The notes beneath the pieces were generated by a model, which had not been told where the DNA came from, made no database searches, and was given only the letters and a program-made list of their open reading frames with translations. The translations under genes were made by a program, and so were the position numbers. Positions 37,749 to 46,546 of a stretch of 64,000 nucleotides of DNA are shown piece after piece. The stretch spans positions 1 through 64,000 of IMG/VR virus record IMGVR_UViG_3300048110_000147; one strand, written 5' to 3'. Position 1 is the stretch's first letter; each line of letters starts with the position of its first letter. This DNA comes from a virus.

Positions 37749-38969
37749 TTATCTACGGGCTGAATCCCAACCCTTTAATATATCGGATGAAAAGTTGTTG
37801 TATGAAAATTCCATACGGTCAACCAATTTCACCGCGTCACCACCAAGCGTATCAATTGCAACGTATCCTTCTTCACCAGTCACTTTGTAACCATTAGAAG
37901 TTTTCACGAAAGTATCAATCGATTTAAGTTTGTCTAAACTATTTATAAGTTTTAATTTGACTAAAACAATTAATTTTTGCAATTCAAACATCTTAACTAG
38001 ATTAGCCTTGTTTGTATCGGAGAAAAACTCCATCTCATCCTTCATTTTGGCAATCCAATTGTCCTTACCACGTTGAGATTTCTTGCTTGCAATCTCTTTT
38101 TTGTAGTAAGCTTGTCTATTACTTATCAATCCCTTAACATGCTTTTTTGAGTCTGGGAGTAAGGACCCTGCACGAACGAACGAATTATTGTATGTTTCAA
38201 TCGCCTGTGCGATATCAGGATTATCTGCGAGGGTCTTAATAGTGGTAGCAGAAGTCTGCTTGAACAAACGACCTATCTGGGTTAGTAGATCATTGACCGC
38301 TTTGGTTTCACGTTCAGACATCGTAGCATTAGTTGCGTCTTTCAACATTGCATCCTGTGACCATACGTTTACAGAATTGCGAAATTTCGACACGTCAACC
38401 CCATATGTCGCTCGCATCGACTCAAACGTATCGCCAGTGTATGTTGTGTGCCATACGATACCGATCTTAGCAGCACGTACTTCTTTCGCCTGATCATAGG
38501 GAACTGCGTATGCGATTGTGTTCGGGTGGAACACACTATACTTCTGACCATCGATGGTCTTAGTAGTGACATCTCCGTCACCAAATAAAAAGTCGCCTTG
38601 CACAACACCATCGATTCCTAGTGACGGTAAATACTTGAGTGCGTCTTTCAACTTAGAGTTCAGATCACCTGACGTGTCCGCGTCGATGTCTGCGTCGGTC
38701 TTGTAGACCTTTGGGTTCTTGTTGAAGATACCTTTCTTAGCAACGAAGAACTTACCGTCGGATGGATCAATACCACAGAATACCGCAGGCGCACCGTCCC
38801 ATTTCACTGACACACGACCACTACCAGATCCAGCTAACAAATCCCGCAAACTACGCAGGGCATTGATCGCCTGACGTGTGCCGTCAACTCCACCGTAAAG
38901 AACTTTGTCCTCAATGTGAGTCATGTGAGTGTTCTTCTGTTCGGTGATAAACTCTGCAAACTTTTCCAT
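37749..38969 (-). CDS. ligase-like covalent nucleotidyltransferase (DUF6267-like), putative internal protein
   Basis: KWDG (motif I), QGDF (III), EGYV (IV), AVKL (V); MEKFAEFITE start. Confidence 0.7.
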   Translation of the reverse strand: MEKFAEFITEQKNTHMTHIEDKVLYGGVDGTRQAINALRSLRDLLAGSGSGRVSVKWDGAPAVFCGIDPSDGKFFVAKKGIFNKNPKVYKTDADIDADTSGDLNSKLKDALKYLPSLGIDGVVQGDFLFGDGDVTTKTIDGQKYSVFHPNTIAYAVPYDQAKEVRAAKIGIVWHTTYTGDTFESMRATYGVDVSKFRNSVNVWSQDAMLKDATNATMSERETKAVNDLLTQIGRLFKQTSATTIKTLADNPDIAQAIETYNNSFVRAGSLLPDSKKHVKGLISNRQAYYKKEIASKKSQRGKDNWIAKMKDEMEFFSDTNKANLVKMFELQKLIVLVKLKLINSLDKLKSIDTFVKTSNGYKVTGEEGYVAIDTLGGDAVKLVDRMEFSYNNFSSDILKGWDSARR

Positions 38970-39448
38970 TACCATGCGCCTGGCGCTCCTTTCCTCTTAA
39001 TGTACCAGATAGTACCGGACGAATCGGTGTCGGAATGTACTCTGTACTTGTTACCTACTGCTTTCTTAACAAGACGACCATACAGTCTTTCACGACCTTG
39101 CAGTCCGGTCTTCTTGACATTCTTGTCCTTGGCAGCGGATAAGTGCATATACTTGGGATTTTCCATTTTAATGAACTGAGTAATCATTTTCATAACAGTC
39201 GCCATGATACGTAATGCATCACCTTCACCCGTCACTTTTTGTTCACCGTTACGTTCGAAACTAATCTCCCAATCTATGTAATCATCGTCATCGATATGTT
39301 CATCACCTTCGATGTTTATATTTAATTTGCCACCATCATCAAGTTCAACTGTAGAACGATACCCTTGTCTTCCGTCCTTCTTTAATACAGCCGGATATGG
39401 GTTGTTGAGTGTTTCTTGAAGTTCTGTAAATTCTGTAAATTTTTTCAT
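38969..39448 (-). CDS. putative internal head protein
   Basis: MKKFTEFTELQE start; TG.GDA.RI.ATV...R.RLY. Confidence 0.65.
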   Translation of the reverse strand: MKKFTEFTELQETLNNPYPAVLKKDGRQGYRSTVELDDGGKLNINIEGDEHIDDDDYIDWEISFERNGEQKVTGEGDALRIMATVMKMITQFIKMENPKYMHLSAAKDKNVKKTGLQGRERLYGRLVKKAVGNKYRVHSDTDSSGTIWYIKRKGAPGAW

Positions 39449-39456
39449 TATTATTC

Positions 39457-40833
39457 CTAACTATACTTTAAAAAGACCGAACTTTTCGGGGTCGAAGATG
39501 ATGCTATACTTATCACTTGGGACATTACTTCATCCGATTTTCTTTTGGTCAACATAGTGTATATGAATTGCATACCTAAGAATTTACTGTATAACCACTC
39601 ATTGCTATAATCCGCTAAGAATAATGCCATGTCTTCTTCAGTCATGTCCACATCACCTAAGTAATTGTACATCTTGGTGAATTCAGTAATAGTCGTGTTA
39701 TTAGTAATTCTAGATTTTATCTTAAATTCGCTTTGATTGTGATACTCTCTATCGGCAATACCAGAGAACTGTAATGCTGTCTGCAAGTTACCACCACCAA
39801 TCTTACCGCCTGCGGCAGTCGTACCTTTAATCTCTCCCTGCCAACCAGACATTACCGAACTAAATGTTCGAATTTGCATATTATACTCTTTACTGCCAAG
39901 TTTATAGGTGACATACACGTCCTTACTCGCAGTCCCTGCACGAGGGTATGAAGTCGACCAATCTACGTTCTTACCCATACCAGAAATCGCATACTTAACA
40001 AACTTGGCTTCTGGTCTTGGAGTACCTCCGTTGAACTCTTCCTCGTAGCACGTCTTCGCATTACTTGCAAGTTTCTTCAGAGAGACTCCAATTAAATTCT
40101 TGTTCTTGTATTCCTGTAACAGTAGTTGGTTAAAATCGTCTAGATTATCTTGATCGGTGTTAAGAGAAAATCCTATTCTCATTGCCCACATGTCAGACGG
40201 GTTCCACTTGTTGACGTTAAGTGTTATACCAGCAGCTCTCTTCAACGTCTTATAGTTATTCTCTATACTAGTGACTACTGTACCACCTCGCAAAAACTTA
40301 TAGTTACCTGTCCCCAACTTACCTGACAATTTATTACTGATAACTACTGCTGAATTCTTCCATGCCTCATCTAATCCATCGAGACATTGCTTCAGAGTTC
40401 TATCACAATCGGTAAATCTGGATATAGTAGAAGCGTCCAATAAATCGATTGCCTCTAACCAACTGTTTAAACTACTTCCTTTCTTTTGACGGGCGGCAGA
40501 TACGTATGCGTGAAAACATTCACCTAGTGCGGTAATCTCATCACCGGCACCTGAACCACCTTGTCCACTGAATGGTGCCTTATCTATCTTGGTCCAAGAA
40601 TAACCATTAAATATAGGAAGAAACCTACTACCCATCTTAAAAGCACTATTGACTTTACTGATATCTCTTTTTTTAACAGCAGATATCCAAGAAACAACTT
40701 CGTCAGTCATGTTAACTACTTGCTTATTGGTTACACCTGCGAACTTGATCTCTTTACCGTTTTCGATCTCGATTGCTACCTTCTCTAGGTAACCTTTATC
40801 GAATTTAGCATCTGATCCAGTAAAATTTGCCAT
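39457..40833 (-). CDS. PD-(D/E)XK-like endonuclease (tentative)
   Basis: WNPSDMWA...IGVSLKK; late promoter at 40883-40890. Confidence 0.45.
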   Translation of the reverse strand: MANFTGSDAKFDKGYLEKVAIEIENGKEIKFAGVTNKQVVNMTDEVVSWISAVKKRDISKVNSAFKMGSRFLPIFNGYSWTKIDKAPFSGQGGSGAGDEITALGECFHAYVSAARQKKGSSLNSWLEAIDLLDASTISRFTDCDRTLKQCLDGLDEAWKNSAVVISNKLSGKLGTGNYKFLRGGTVVTSIENNYKTLKRAAGITLNVNKWNPSDMWAMRIGFSLNTDQDNLDDFNQLLLQEYKNKNLIGVSLKKLASNAKTCYEEEFNGGTPRPEAKFVKYAISGMGKNVDWSTSYPRAGTASKDVYVTYKLGSKEYNMQIRTFSSVMSGWQGEIKGTTAAGGKIGGGNLQTALQFSGIADREYHNQSEFKIKSRITNNTTITEFTKMYNYLGDVDMTEEDMALFLADYSNEWLYSKFLGMQFIYTMLTKRKSDEVMSQVISIASSSTPKSSVFLKYS

Positions 40834-40885
40834 CTCTAGAATCCTCTTTACTCTAAGTTAGTCCCTAGAGTATAACAGATACTAT

Positions 40886-41605
40886 TTATATGTCAAGAGC
40901 ATTTGTACTATTTTCTTCGTTATATTGGGCGATAGTATCTCGTAATGGACGCACCCAGTTGTCACGATGTTCGATAAACACCTGTGGTTCATGGTTGTCG
41001 ACAGAGATAATAGTCACAAGTTGGGTGATAGGCATACCCGTGCGTTCTTCCCACATAATAGAATATGCAGACTCTTGCATGAAGTAGTTCTTGATCCAGT
41101 CAAGACGTTTGGGTTTCATGGATGTCTTGTAGTCAATGATGGAAGGTTTGCCATCAAAGATGCCCACACAATCCACACGACCAGCGACACCTAGGTGCGT
41201 AGAGTAGAGTGGTGCTTCTTGAGCGTAGACTGTACCAAGACGTTCATCAAGGATGGGTTTGAGTTTCAGGAAAGACTCGATTAAATCGGGAGTACGTTTG
41301 GTCAACGTTTGTTCACCAGTGTCGATATTCATCGCCATGTACTTGTCATAGTCGGGGTCGTTGTTTACGTACTGTTCACAAATTTCGTGAACCGCAGTAC
41401 CACGCGTAGATGCGCGATAGGAGATACGGTTTGCTTCTTTCTCACCGACACGAGCACGCCACTTTGCAATGGAGTCACGGGACAGTATAGAAAGGACCGT
41501 AGTGATAGAAGGTAGTTGAATACCTTCGGGAGTTTTGTATTGACGGCCCATGTCTGTAGTAACAGCAGTCATTTCGGTCAAAGGGATAGGTTCGTGTGTA
41601 AACAT
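40886..41605 (-). CDS. PD-(D/E)XK exonuclease (RecB/Cas4-like)
   Basis: PSITTVL, RGTAVH, GRVDC, IIDYKTS, Q..AY. Confidence 0.85.
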   Translation of the reverse strand: MFTHEPIPLTEMTAVTTDMGRQYKTPEGIQLPSITTVLSILSRDSIAKWRARVGEKEANRISYRASTRGTAVHEICEQYVNNDPDYDKYMAMNIDTGEQTLTKRTPDLIESFLKLKPILDERLGTVYAQEAPLYSTHLGVAGRVDCVGIFDGKPSIIDYKTSMKPKRLDWIKNYFMQESAYSIMWEERTGMPITQLVTIISVDNHEPQVFIEHRDNWVRPLRDTIAQYNEENSTNALDI

Positions 41606-41636
41606 AATATAGTCCAGTTCAATTCAATATACCAGT

Positions 41637-41701
41637 ATTATAACATCTTTTAGAAACGTTTGTCAAGGGCAAACGGTGACTATTTTTACGGTATTGGTCA
41701 A
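41637..41701 (-). promoter_or_regulatory. early promoter with upstream GTGACT-N14-GGTCAA palindrome
   Basis: TTGACA-N18-TATAAT; palindrome 9 bp upstream of -35. Confidence 0.7.
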
Positions 41702-41708
41702 ATAAGAA

Positions 41709-41894
41709 TCCCCACGAATACAGGGGCTCAAGTGAATGGTACTTCATGTGTCGGAGAACCGTAACTTGTGGGATTGAGGTCTCCCATCTGCTCTGGCATT
41801 TTTAACATGCACGTTGTGAGAGATCGCAGTTATCAAGTTAGTGCGCTTGGTGCGCATCGTTCTTCTCTAGTACCGAGCCCCCGTATTGTGGGGA
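41709..41894 (-). ncRNA. candidate structured ncRNA (~186 nt) 3' of tRNA-Ala
   Basis: ~20-bp closing stem UCCCCAC/AAUAC/GGGGGCUC plus nested helices; no good ORF. Confidence 0.65.
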
Positions 41895-41907
41895 AATTCG
41901 TGAAAAG

Positions 41908-41983
41908 TGGTGGAGCCGATAGGGATCGAACCTACGACCTATTCCGTGCAAGGGAATCGCTCTCCCAACTGAGCTACGGCCCC
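41908..41983 (-). tRNA. tRNA-Ala(UGC)
   Basis: Cloverleaf, ATTCC-CT-TGC-AC-GGAAT, CCA end. Confidence 0.95.
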
Positions 41984-41998
41984 ACAATTCTTACTAAA

Positions 41999-42148
41999 CT
42001 ACTTTTCCTTATTTATACTCTTTTCTTTCTTGACAGATTCCTCTGTCTTTTTGTCTTTACCGAAGATTTTATCCCAGTTATCTCTACCTTGTTTTGATAA
42101 CGTCTTAGACTGTATTGCGTCTCCGGTTATGTCGTTTCTACTTACCAT
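41999..42148 (-). CDS. small conserved phage protein
   Basis: RNDITGD.I.SK...NWDKIFGK. Confidence 0.55.
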   Translation of the reverse strand: MVSRNDITGDAIQSKTLSKQGRDNWDKIFGKDKKTEESVKKEKSINKEK

Positions 42149-42273
42149 CTTCTTTCGCTTTGCTCCACCAATCTTTGGTAACTTTATCGGTGTACTTGTG
42201 TGAGTATATGAGAGTGATGCCACCAAAAACCATCGGACATAACATCACTCCAAGTATTCCTATTAAACCAAAA

Positions 42274-42507
42274 TCAAACATTTTCAATCTGGCTCTTTAC
42301 CCAATCTAGTTCTTGAATGATTCTGTTATACCATGCGACATCAATTTCAGAATTGTTAGGATTGTTTGCTTCCATCCTAAGTTGTTCCATTCGTATGTCT
42401 ATGTAGTCACACCTTATAAATTCTTTTTTAGACACTCTATCTAAGAATGCTTTTTTCGCTAAGGTCAAGCATTCTACATTACTATTACTATTACTCATTG
42501 GACACAC
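42274..42507 (-). CDS. hypothetical protein
   Basis: DYI..RM.QL...WYNRIIQEL.WV. Confidence 0.55.
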   Translation of the reverse strand: MCPMSNSNSNVECLTLAKKAFLDRVSKKEFIRCDYIDIRMEQLRMEANNPNNSEIDVAWYNRIIQELDWVKSQIENV

Positions 42508-43913
42508 CCTAATTCTCTGCGCGAATCTTCGTCGTTGTTAGTTACACAGAGACCAGTAGGCAACTCTGTAGGTACATATCTCATCAAGTCTGGGTCATAT
42601 AAACTATTTTCTAAGAATGATACCAGATTAGATATCTCTTCCTCAGACAGATCTAGGGGAGTGAATCTATAGTCTATATCTATAAGATCTACATCTGGGT
42701 GTTGTGGTGTTGCCGCAACTTTGTATCGTACCACTTCTTCAACACTAGTGAATGATGCACCGTGACCGAATACTTCTGTGTCTGTCAGATTATATAGAGG
42801 CGGTACCTTAAATGCATACTTCTCCATATCGTCACCAGTAAAACCAGCGCGGCCTTCTCTAACACCTTCACCGACTTCACCGATGATATCGTCCCACATG
42901 TCTAGATCGTGGAATCCAAGTGTCATAAACACTTCACTTGCAAGAGAACCGACAGGAGATGAAAGAGCGGGACCGTTGTGACACGAGTGACAGTTACCTT
43001 TACCGAAGAACACTTTCGCGCCTTCGACTTCTTCTAAAGTCATCGCGTCTTCGTCACCACGTAAGAAGTCTTGAAATGGTGCTTGGTTTGCGAGAATGGT
43101 TCTCTCGTATGCGGCAATCGCAAAAGATGCTGCTTCTAACATATCATTAGGTTGTGAGGTACCGTATGCCGCTTCGAACATCATCCGATACTTCTCATTA
43201 GTAGTGAGCACAGAACCTTCTTCTACATTCATGCGATGTACACCTAGACCAGCAACTGCTTGAGTCTCTAGACCAGCAAGATTACGTAGGTTAGCCTCTT
43301 TAGGAGTGCCTTCAGTGAAGTGCCTTTCAGGGTCAATACCAATGTTAACTATACCTCCGATCACATTGCCGAACTGTCCGTTCCACAACATGACTTCTTG
43401 ATATGCAGTATTAAGTACTGTGGGTGATGTCACAGGTTGTACATCAACTGTTGAAGGGTCAACTCCAGCAGCAACTGTACGATGGTCAAACCCTACACCG
43501 CCTTCACCAATACCTTGACGAATACCGGACTTGAAACCATTCTGTCCGTTGTGACATGAAGCACAGGACCACGTGTTATCCATATCTGTCTGGTTGGTTT
43601 CAGTAGACGTGATTCCCGTCTCGTGATAAATGAACTTACCCAACTCTACTTTTTCAGCAGTAATAGGGTTACTTGGATCTTGAGGGATGTTTAGAAAGTC
43701 ATCACTCTCAGGTAAGATATACCCTTCGTAAGAACCTGTCGGGGATGTAGTACTCATCACAGTTTTTAGTTCTTCAACGGCAATCTCAAGTGCTGTTAAG
43801 GTAGGTGCTGGGGGTGGTGCGATGGTAACAGGTTCTGGTGCAGATTCTGAACCACCTCCAGAACATGCGCTAAGAACAGTAGTACATAATACTACGGATA
43901 ATAGTTGTTTCAT
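42495..43913 (-). CDS. di-heme cytochrome c peroxidase/MauG-family lipoprotein
   Basis: LSAC lipobox; NPIT.EKVELGK; CASCH and CHSCH; WNGQ; FKVPPL.N; FL..L. Confidence 0.9.
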   Translation of the reverse strand: MKQLLSVVLCTTVLSACSGGGSESAPEPVTIAPPPAPTLTALEIAVEELKTVMSTTSPTGSYEGYILPESDDFLNIPQDPSNPITAEKVELGKFIYHETGITSTETNQTDMDNTWSCASCHNGQNGFKSGIRQGIGEGGVGFDHRTVAAGVDPSTVDVQPVTSPTVLNTAYQEVMLWNGQFGNVIGGIVNIGIDPERHFTEGTPKEANLRNLAGLETQAVAGLGVHRMNVEEGSVLTTNEKYRMMFEAAYGTSQPNDMLEAASFAIAAYERTILANQAPFQDFLRGDEDAMTLEEVEGAKVFFGKGNCHSCHNGPALSSPVGSLASEVFMTLGFHDLDMWDDIIGEVGEGVREGRAGFTGDDMEKYAFKVPPLYNLTDTEVFGHGASFTSVEEVVRYKVAATPQHPDVDLIDIDYRFTPLDLSEEEISNLVSFLENSLYDPDLMRYVPTELPTGLCVTNNDEDSRRELGCVQ

Positions 43914-43943
43914 TGTTTCGATCTCTCACTTCTAATAATAAAA

Positions 43944-44034
43944 TGGCCGAGGGATAGGGATTCGAACCCTAGATACGCTATTAACGTATGCCAGTTTTCA
44001 AGACTGGTGCATTCAACCGCTCTGCCATCCCTCG
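43944..44034 (-). tRNA. tRNA-Ser(UGA)
   Basis: CCAGT-CT-TGA-AA-ACTGG, long variable arm, CCA. Confidence 0.93.
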
Positions 44035-44093
44035 ATTTATTTAAACATGATACACTAATTGACAGGAGTTGTCAACCCCACTTTCATATTTTC

Positions 44094-44170
<77 letters not shown>

Positions 44171-44180
44171 GTAGAAAAGT

Positions 44181-44255
44181 TGGCTGGGGTGGAAGGATTC
44201 GAACCTACGAATGACGGGATCAAAACCCGTTGCCTTACCACTTGGCGACACCCCA
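44181..44255 (-). tRNA. tRNA-Gln(UUG)
   Basis: ACGGG-TT-TTG-AT-CCCGT, CCA. Confidence 0.95.
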
Positions 44256-44314
44256 AACCTGTTTGCTCTACTGGGCACCACTGATTCAGTTATTTTAAAA
44301 GGGGAATCAGACCC

Positions 44315-44674
44315 TTAGTTTTTTCTCAATCCTTCTTTGCCTTTGTGAAATCTTCCCCAGATACAGTGTGCCACTTCATGACCAATAAGTTCCGGTTCGT
44401 ATTTCCATTCAGGGTCCTTTATGTATATCTTACAAGTTCCCTTAGATTCGTTCCAAAGAGTGAAGGCGCTAATATTGTTCCACTTAACGCCTAAGTACTG
44501 TTTACGTACAGAATCATATTCCATTTGGTTCTTTAGTAAAACAAACTCGACCTTTGGTGTAAGATTTTCTCCTTCCTTAACAAGGAATTTAAAATTATCT
44601 TTAGCATACCTTCCCAGTCTCTGAGCATCTGCTGAAACCGATAAGACTAATAGGAATATTAATAGTTTTCGCAT
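44315..44674 (-). CDS. secreted HExxH protein, paralog of 7857..8234
   Basis: Signal peptide; C.IY...GHEVAHCIWGRFH. Confidence 0.65.
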   Translation of the reverse strand: MRKLLIFLLVLSVSADAQRLGRYAKDNFKFLVKEGENLTPKVEFVLLKNQMEYDSVRKQYLGVKWNNISAFTLWNESKGTCKIYIKDPEWKYEPELIGHEVAHCIWGRFHKGKEGLRKN

Positions 44675-44692
44675 AATTGTAAACAGTAAAAA

Positions 44693-44769
44693 TGGTCGGA
44701 GATGTAGGATTTGAACCTACGACCCCTGCACCCCAAATGCAGTGCACTACCAGACTGTGCTAATCTCCG
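44693..44769 (-). tRNA. tRNA-Pro(UGG)
   Basis: CTGCA-TT-TGG-GG-TGCAG, CCA. Confidence 0.95.
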
Positions 44770-44982
44770 TTAATTGTTTGAAACAAATTCGTTGATGACT
44801 TTTACCCTTTCCATGATATCTTGCATATTAGGGTATGTCGGAAACTCTGGGATGGTATCAACGCCACCAGTTTCAATCAAGACTTCTCGGCGATTTACTT
44901 GAGCCCAGTACTCATCTGTTAGGACATTTCTTGCTTCGTTAAAGATTTGGAACCGAAGTTCGTATGGGTTTGGATTAGACAT
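44770..44982 (-). CDS. conserved T4-like hypothetical protein
   Basis: NPYELR..I...A...P.YP...I......N.FVS; AGGAG RBS. Confidence 0.7.
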   Translation of the reverse strand: MSNPNPYELRFQIFNEARNVLTDEYWAQVNRREVLIETGGVDTIPEFPTYPNMQDIMERVKVINEFVSNN

Positions 44983-45013
44983 AATTGTCTCCTTTTGTGT
45001 GTGTTTGTGTGTT

Positions 45014-45082
45014 GAGCAGTTTTCCACATACTCAGGTGACGGGCGTAACGACCAGTGCAAGTTTAAAGTCATTCCGAGACTA
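45014..45082 (-). ncRNA. candidate structured RNA (hairpin + H-type pseudoknot) 3' of tRNA-Tyr
   Basis: AGUC-UCGGAAU-GACU hairpin; CAC/GUG with loop GAGUA pairing UGCUC. Confidence 0.45.
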
Positions 45083-45084
45083 AT

Positions 45085-45168
45085 TGGTGGGGAGAGGTGG
45101 ATTCGAACCACCGAAGCTCTCGCGTCAGATTTACAGTCTGATCCCTTTGGCCGCTCGGGAACCTCCCC
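45085..45168 (-). tRNA. tRNA-Tyr(GUA)
   Basis: TCAGA-CT-GTA-AA-TCTGA, CCA. Confidence 0.95.
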
Positions 45169-45174
45169 TAGTGG

Positions 45175-45327
45175 TTATTTGAGTTGATCTTTTGAACTGG
45201 ATGAACTATTTGATCCAGTCCCTGTACCACTACTTTTACCGTGACCTAGTCCACGCTTACCTTGTCGGAACCGATTGACAAAGTAAATGACCACTGCTAC
45301 TAGAAAAACTACCGCTAATACTTCCAT
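45175..45327 (-). CDS. small membrane protein
   Basis: AGGAG RBS; N-terminal TM, Ser/Gly tail. Confidence 0.5.
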   Translation of the reverse strand: MEVLAVVFLVAVVIYFVNRFRQGKRGLGHGKSSGTGTGSNSSSSSKDQLK

Positions 45328-45337
45328 ATCTTTCTCC

Positions 45338-45550
45338 TTAGTCGAGGATAATTTCCTCGCGCTTCTTCTTAGCAGGTTGGCGAATTCCAAGGTAAGTTTC
45401 GAGAATCTCGATCTCCTTGTCCTTACGCTTCTGCCACTGTTGCTCCGTTCGAGCAACCCCTTTCTTGCTGTTCTTCTCAAAGAACTTTGACTCTGTGAGT
45501 CTCTCTAATGCACCTTCACGGCGACGACGATCTTCTAACTTACCTCTCAT
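45338..45550 (-). CDS. basic hypothetical protein
   Basis: AGGAG RBS; RRREGALERL. Confidence 0.55.
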   Translation of the reverse strand: MRGKLEDRRRREGALERLTESKFFEKNSKKGVARTEQQWQKRKDKEIEILETYLGIRQPAKKKREEIILD

Positions 45551-45893
45551 AAACGCTCCTAGTTTCTTTATTAAGATCAATGGAATCTATATAAACTGAC
45601 TCGTTGACATAATCGCCTTTGGGTATGGTTCCTTGTTCAAAAGGTTTATCATCATACCTGTTAACCCAAAAACGTACGACCTTACCTTTATCATTAAGGG
45701 TATACCCACAAAGTTTTTCATTGGGATATGCATAATATGAACCATTAAAATTACCCTCTTTATCAAAGGGATTGCGCAGTCCATTTGACTCATGTTCCCT
45801 AGCAGTAATATAGGGGGATACCGAAATAAATTCTTTCTCTACCATACTTGGTCTAGTAGACACTTTTGATGGCATTCCAAGTGCATCTCTCAT
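45540..45893 (-). CDS. hypothetical protein
   Basis: 117 aa, GAGG RBS. Confidence 0.55.
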   Translation of the reverse strand: MRDALGMPSKVSTRPSMVEKEFISVSPYITAREHESNGLRNPFDKEGNFNGSYYAYPNEKLCGYTLNDKGKVVRFWVNRYDDKPFEQGTIPKGDYVNESVYIDSIDLNKETRSVYER

Positions 45894-45922
45894 AAACTAT
45901 CCTCATTTCCTCATTATAAAAT

Positions 45923-45999
45923 TGGCGGAGCGGACGGGACTCGAACCCGCGACCCCCGGCGTGACAGGCCGGTATTCTAACCAACTGAACTACCGCTCC
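45923..45999 (-). tRNA. tRNA-Asp(GUC)
   Basis: CCGGC-CT-GTC-AC-GCCGG, CCA. Confidence 0.95.
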
Positions 46000-46168
46000 A
46001 GATTCTTCTTAAATATGTATGCTCGGTATCCGATGACTCCAAAACAAAAATGTCGCCTTCCTTGAATGAGGATATAGATAAATCTAATTTCTCCTCATCT
46101 TTGTTCAACAACTTGACCCCATTGATGTCTTCTTCGAATTTATAACCTAAGTAAAACATTGAACTCAC
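45977..46168 (-). CDS. hypothetical protein (3' end overlaps tRNA-Asp)
   Basis: 63 aa ORF. Confidence 0.45.
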   Translation of the reverse strand: MSSMFYLGYKFEEDINGVKLLNKDEEKLDLSISSFKEGDIFVLESSDTEHTYLRRIWSGSSVG

Positions 46169-46545
46169 GAGTTCTCCAAATCATGTACATGTAACTGGAT
46201 CAATGCATAATGGAGAACCTTCATTAGGTCTTTACGAGCATCATCCTCAGTACCTTTCTTACCATACCGTTGTGCATACTTCAACACGTTTCCAATACAA
46301 AACCCTGTACCATGACCACCGTCAACAATAAATTCAGTCGCCTGAAACTTGTCTTTGGCATAATGCTGATTGTATGTCGCATCGATATATTGTTTGAACT
46401 CATCAATCAACTTACCTTCACTAAACTTATAGTCCACAGTACTAATATCAGCAGCTTCTCGCATTGTTACACCGTTCGAGTATCTCTCAAACTCTACCGT
46501 CTCATTAGTATAAGGTGGAGTGTGTGCATAAATCGTTTTACTCAT
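46165..46545 (-). CDS. DUF3310-like protein
   Basis: HY...GFCIGNVLKYAQRYGKK...DLMK..HY. Confidence 0.8.
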   Translation of the reverse strand: MSKTIYAHTPPYTNETVEFERYSNGVTMREAADISTVDYKFSEGKLIDEFKQYIDATYNQHYAKDKFQATEFIVDGGHGTGFCIGNVLKYAQRYGKKGTEDDARKDLMKVLHYALIQLHVHDLENS

Positions 46546-46546
46546 A

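Noticed and set aside
40886-41605. Cas4 of a CRISPR system
   Set aside because: No array or other cas genes and no Fe-S cysteines; a common T4-like exonuclease
41709-41894. Retron msr-msd or tmRNA
   Set aside because: No reverse transcriptase in the window; no tRNA-like ends or tag ORF
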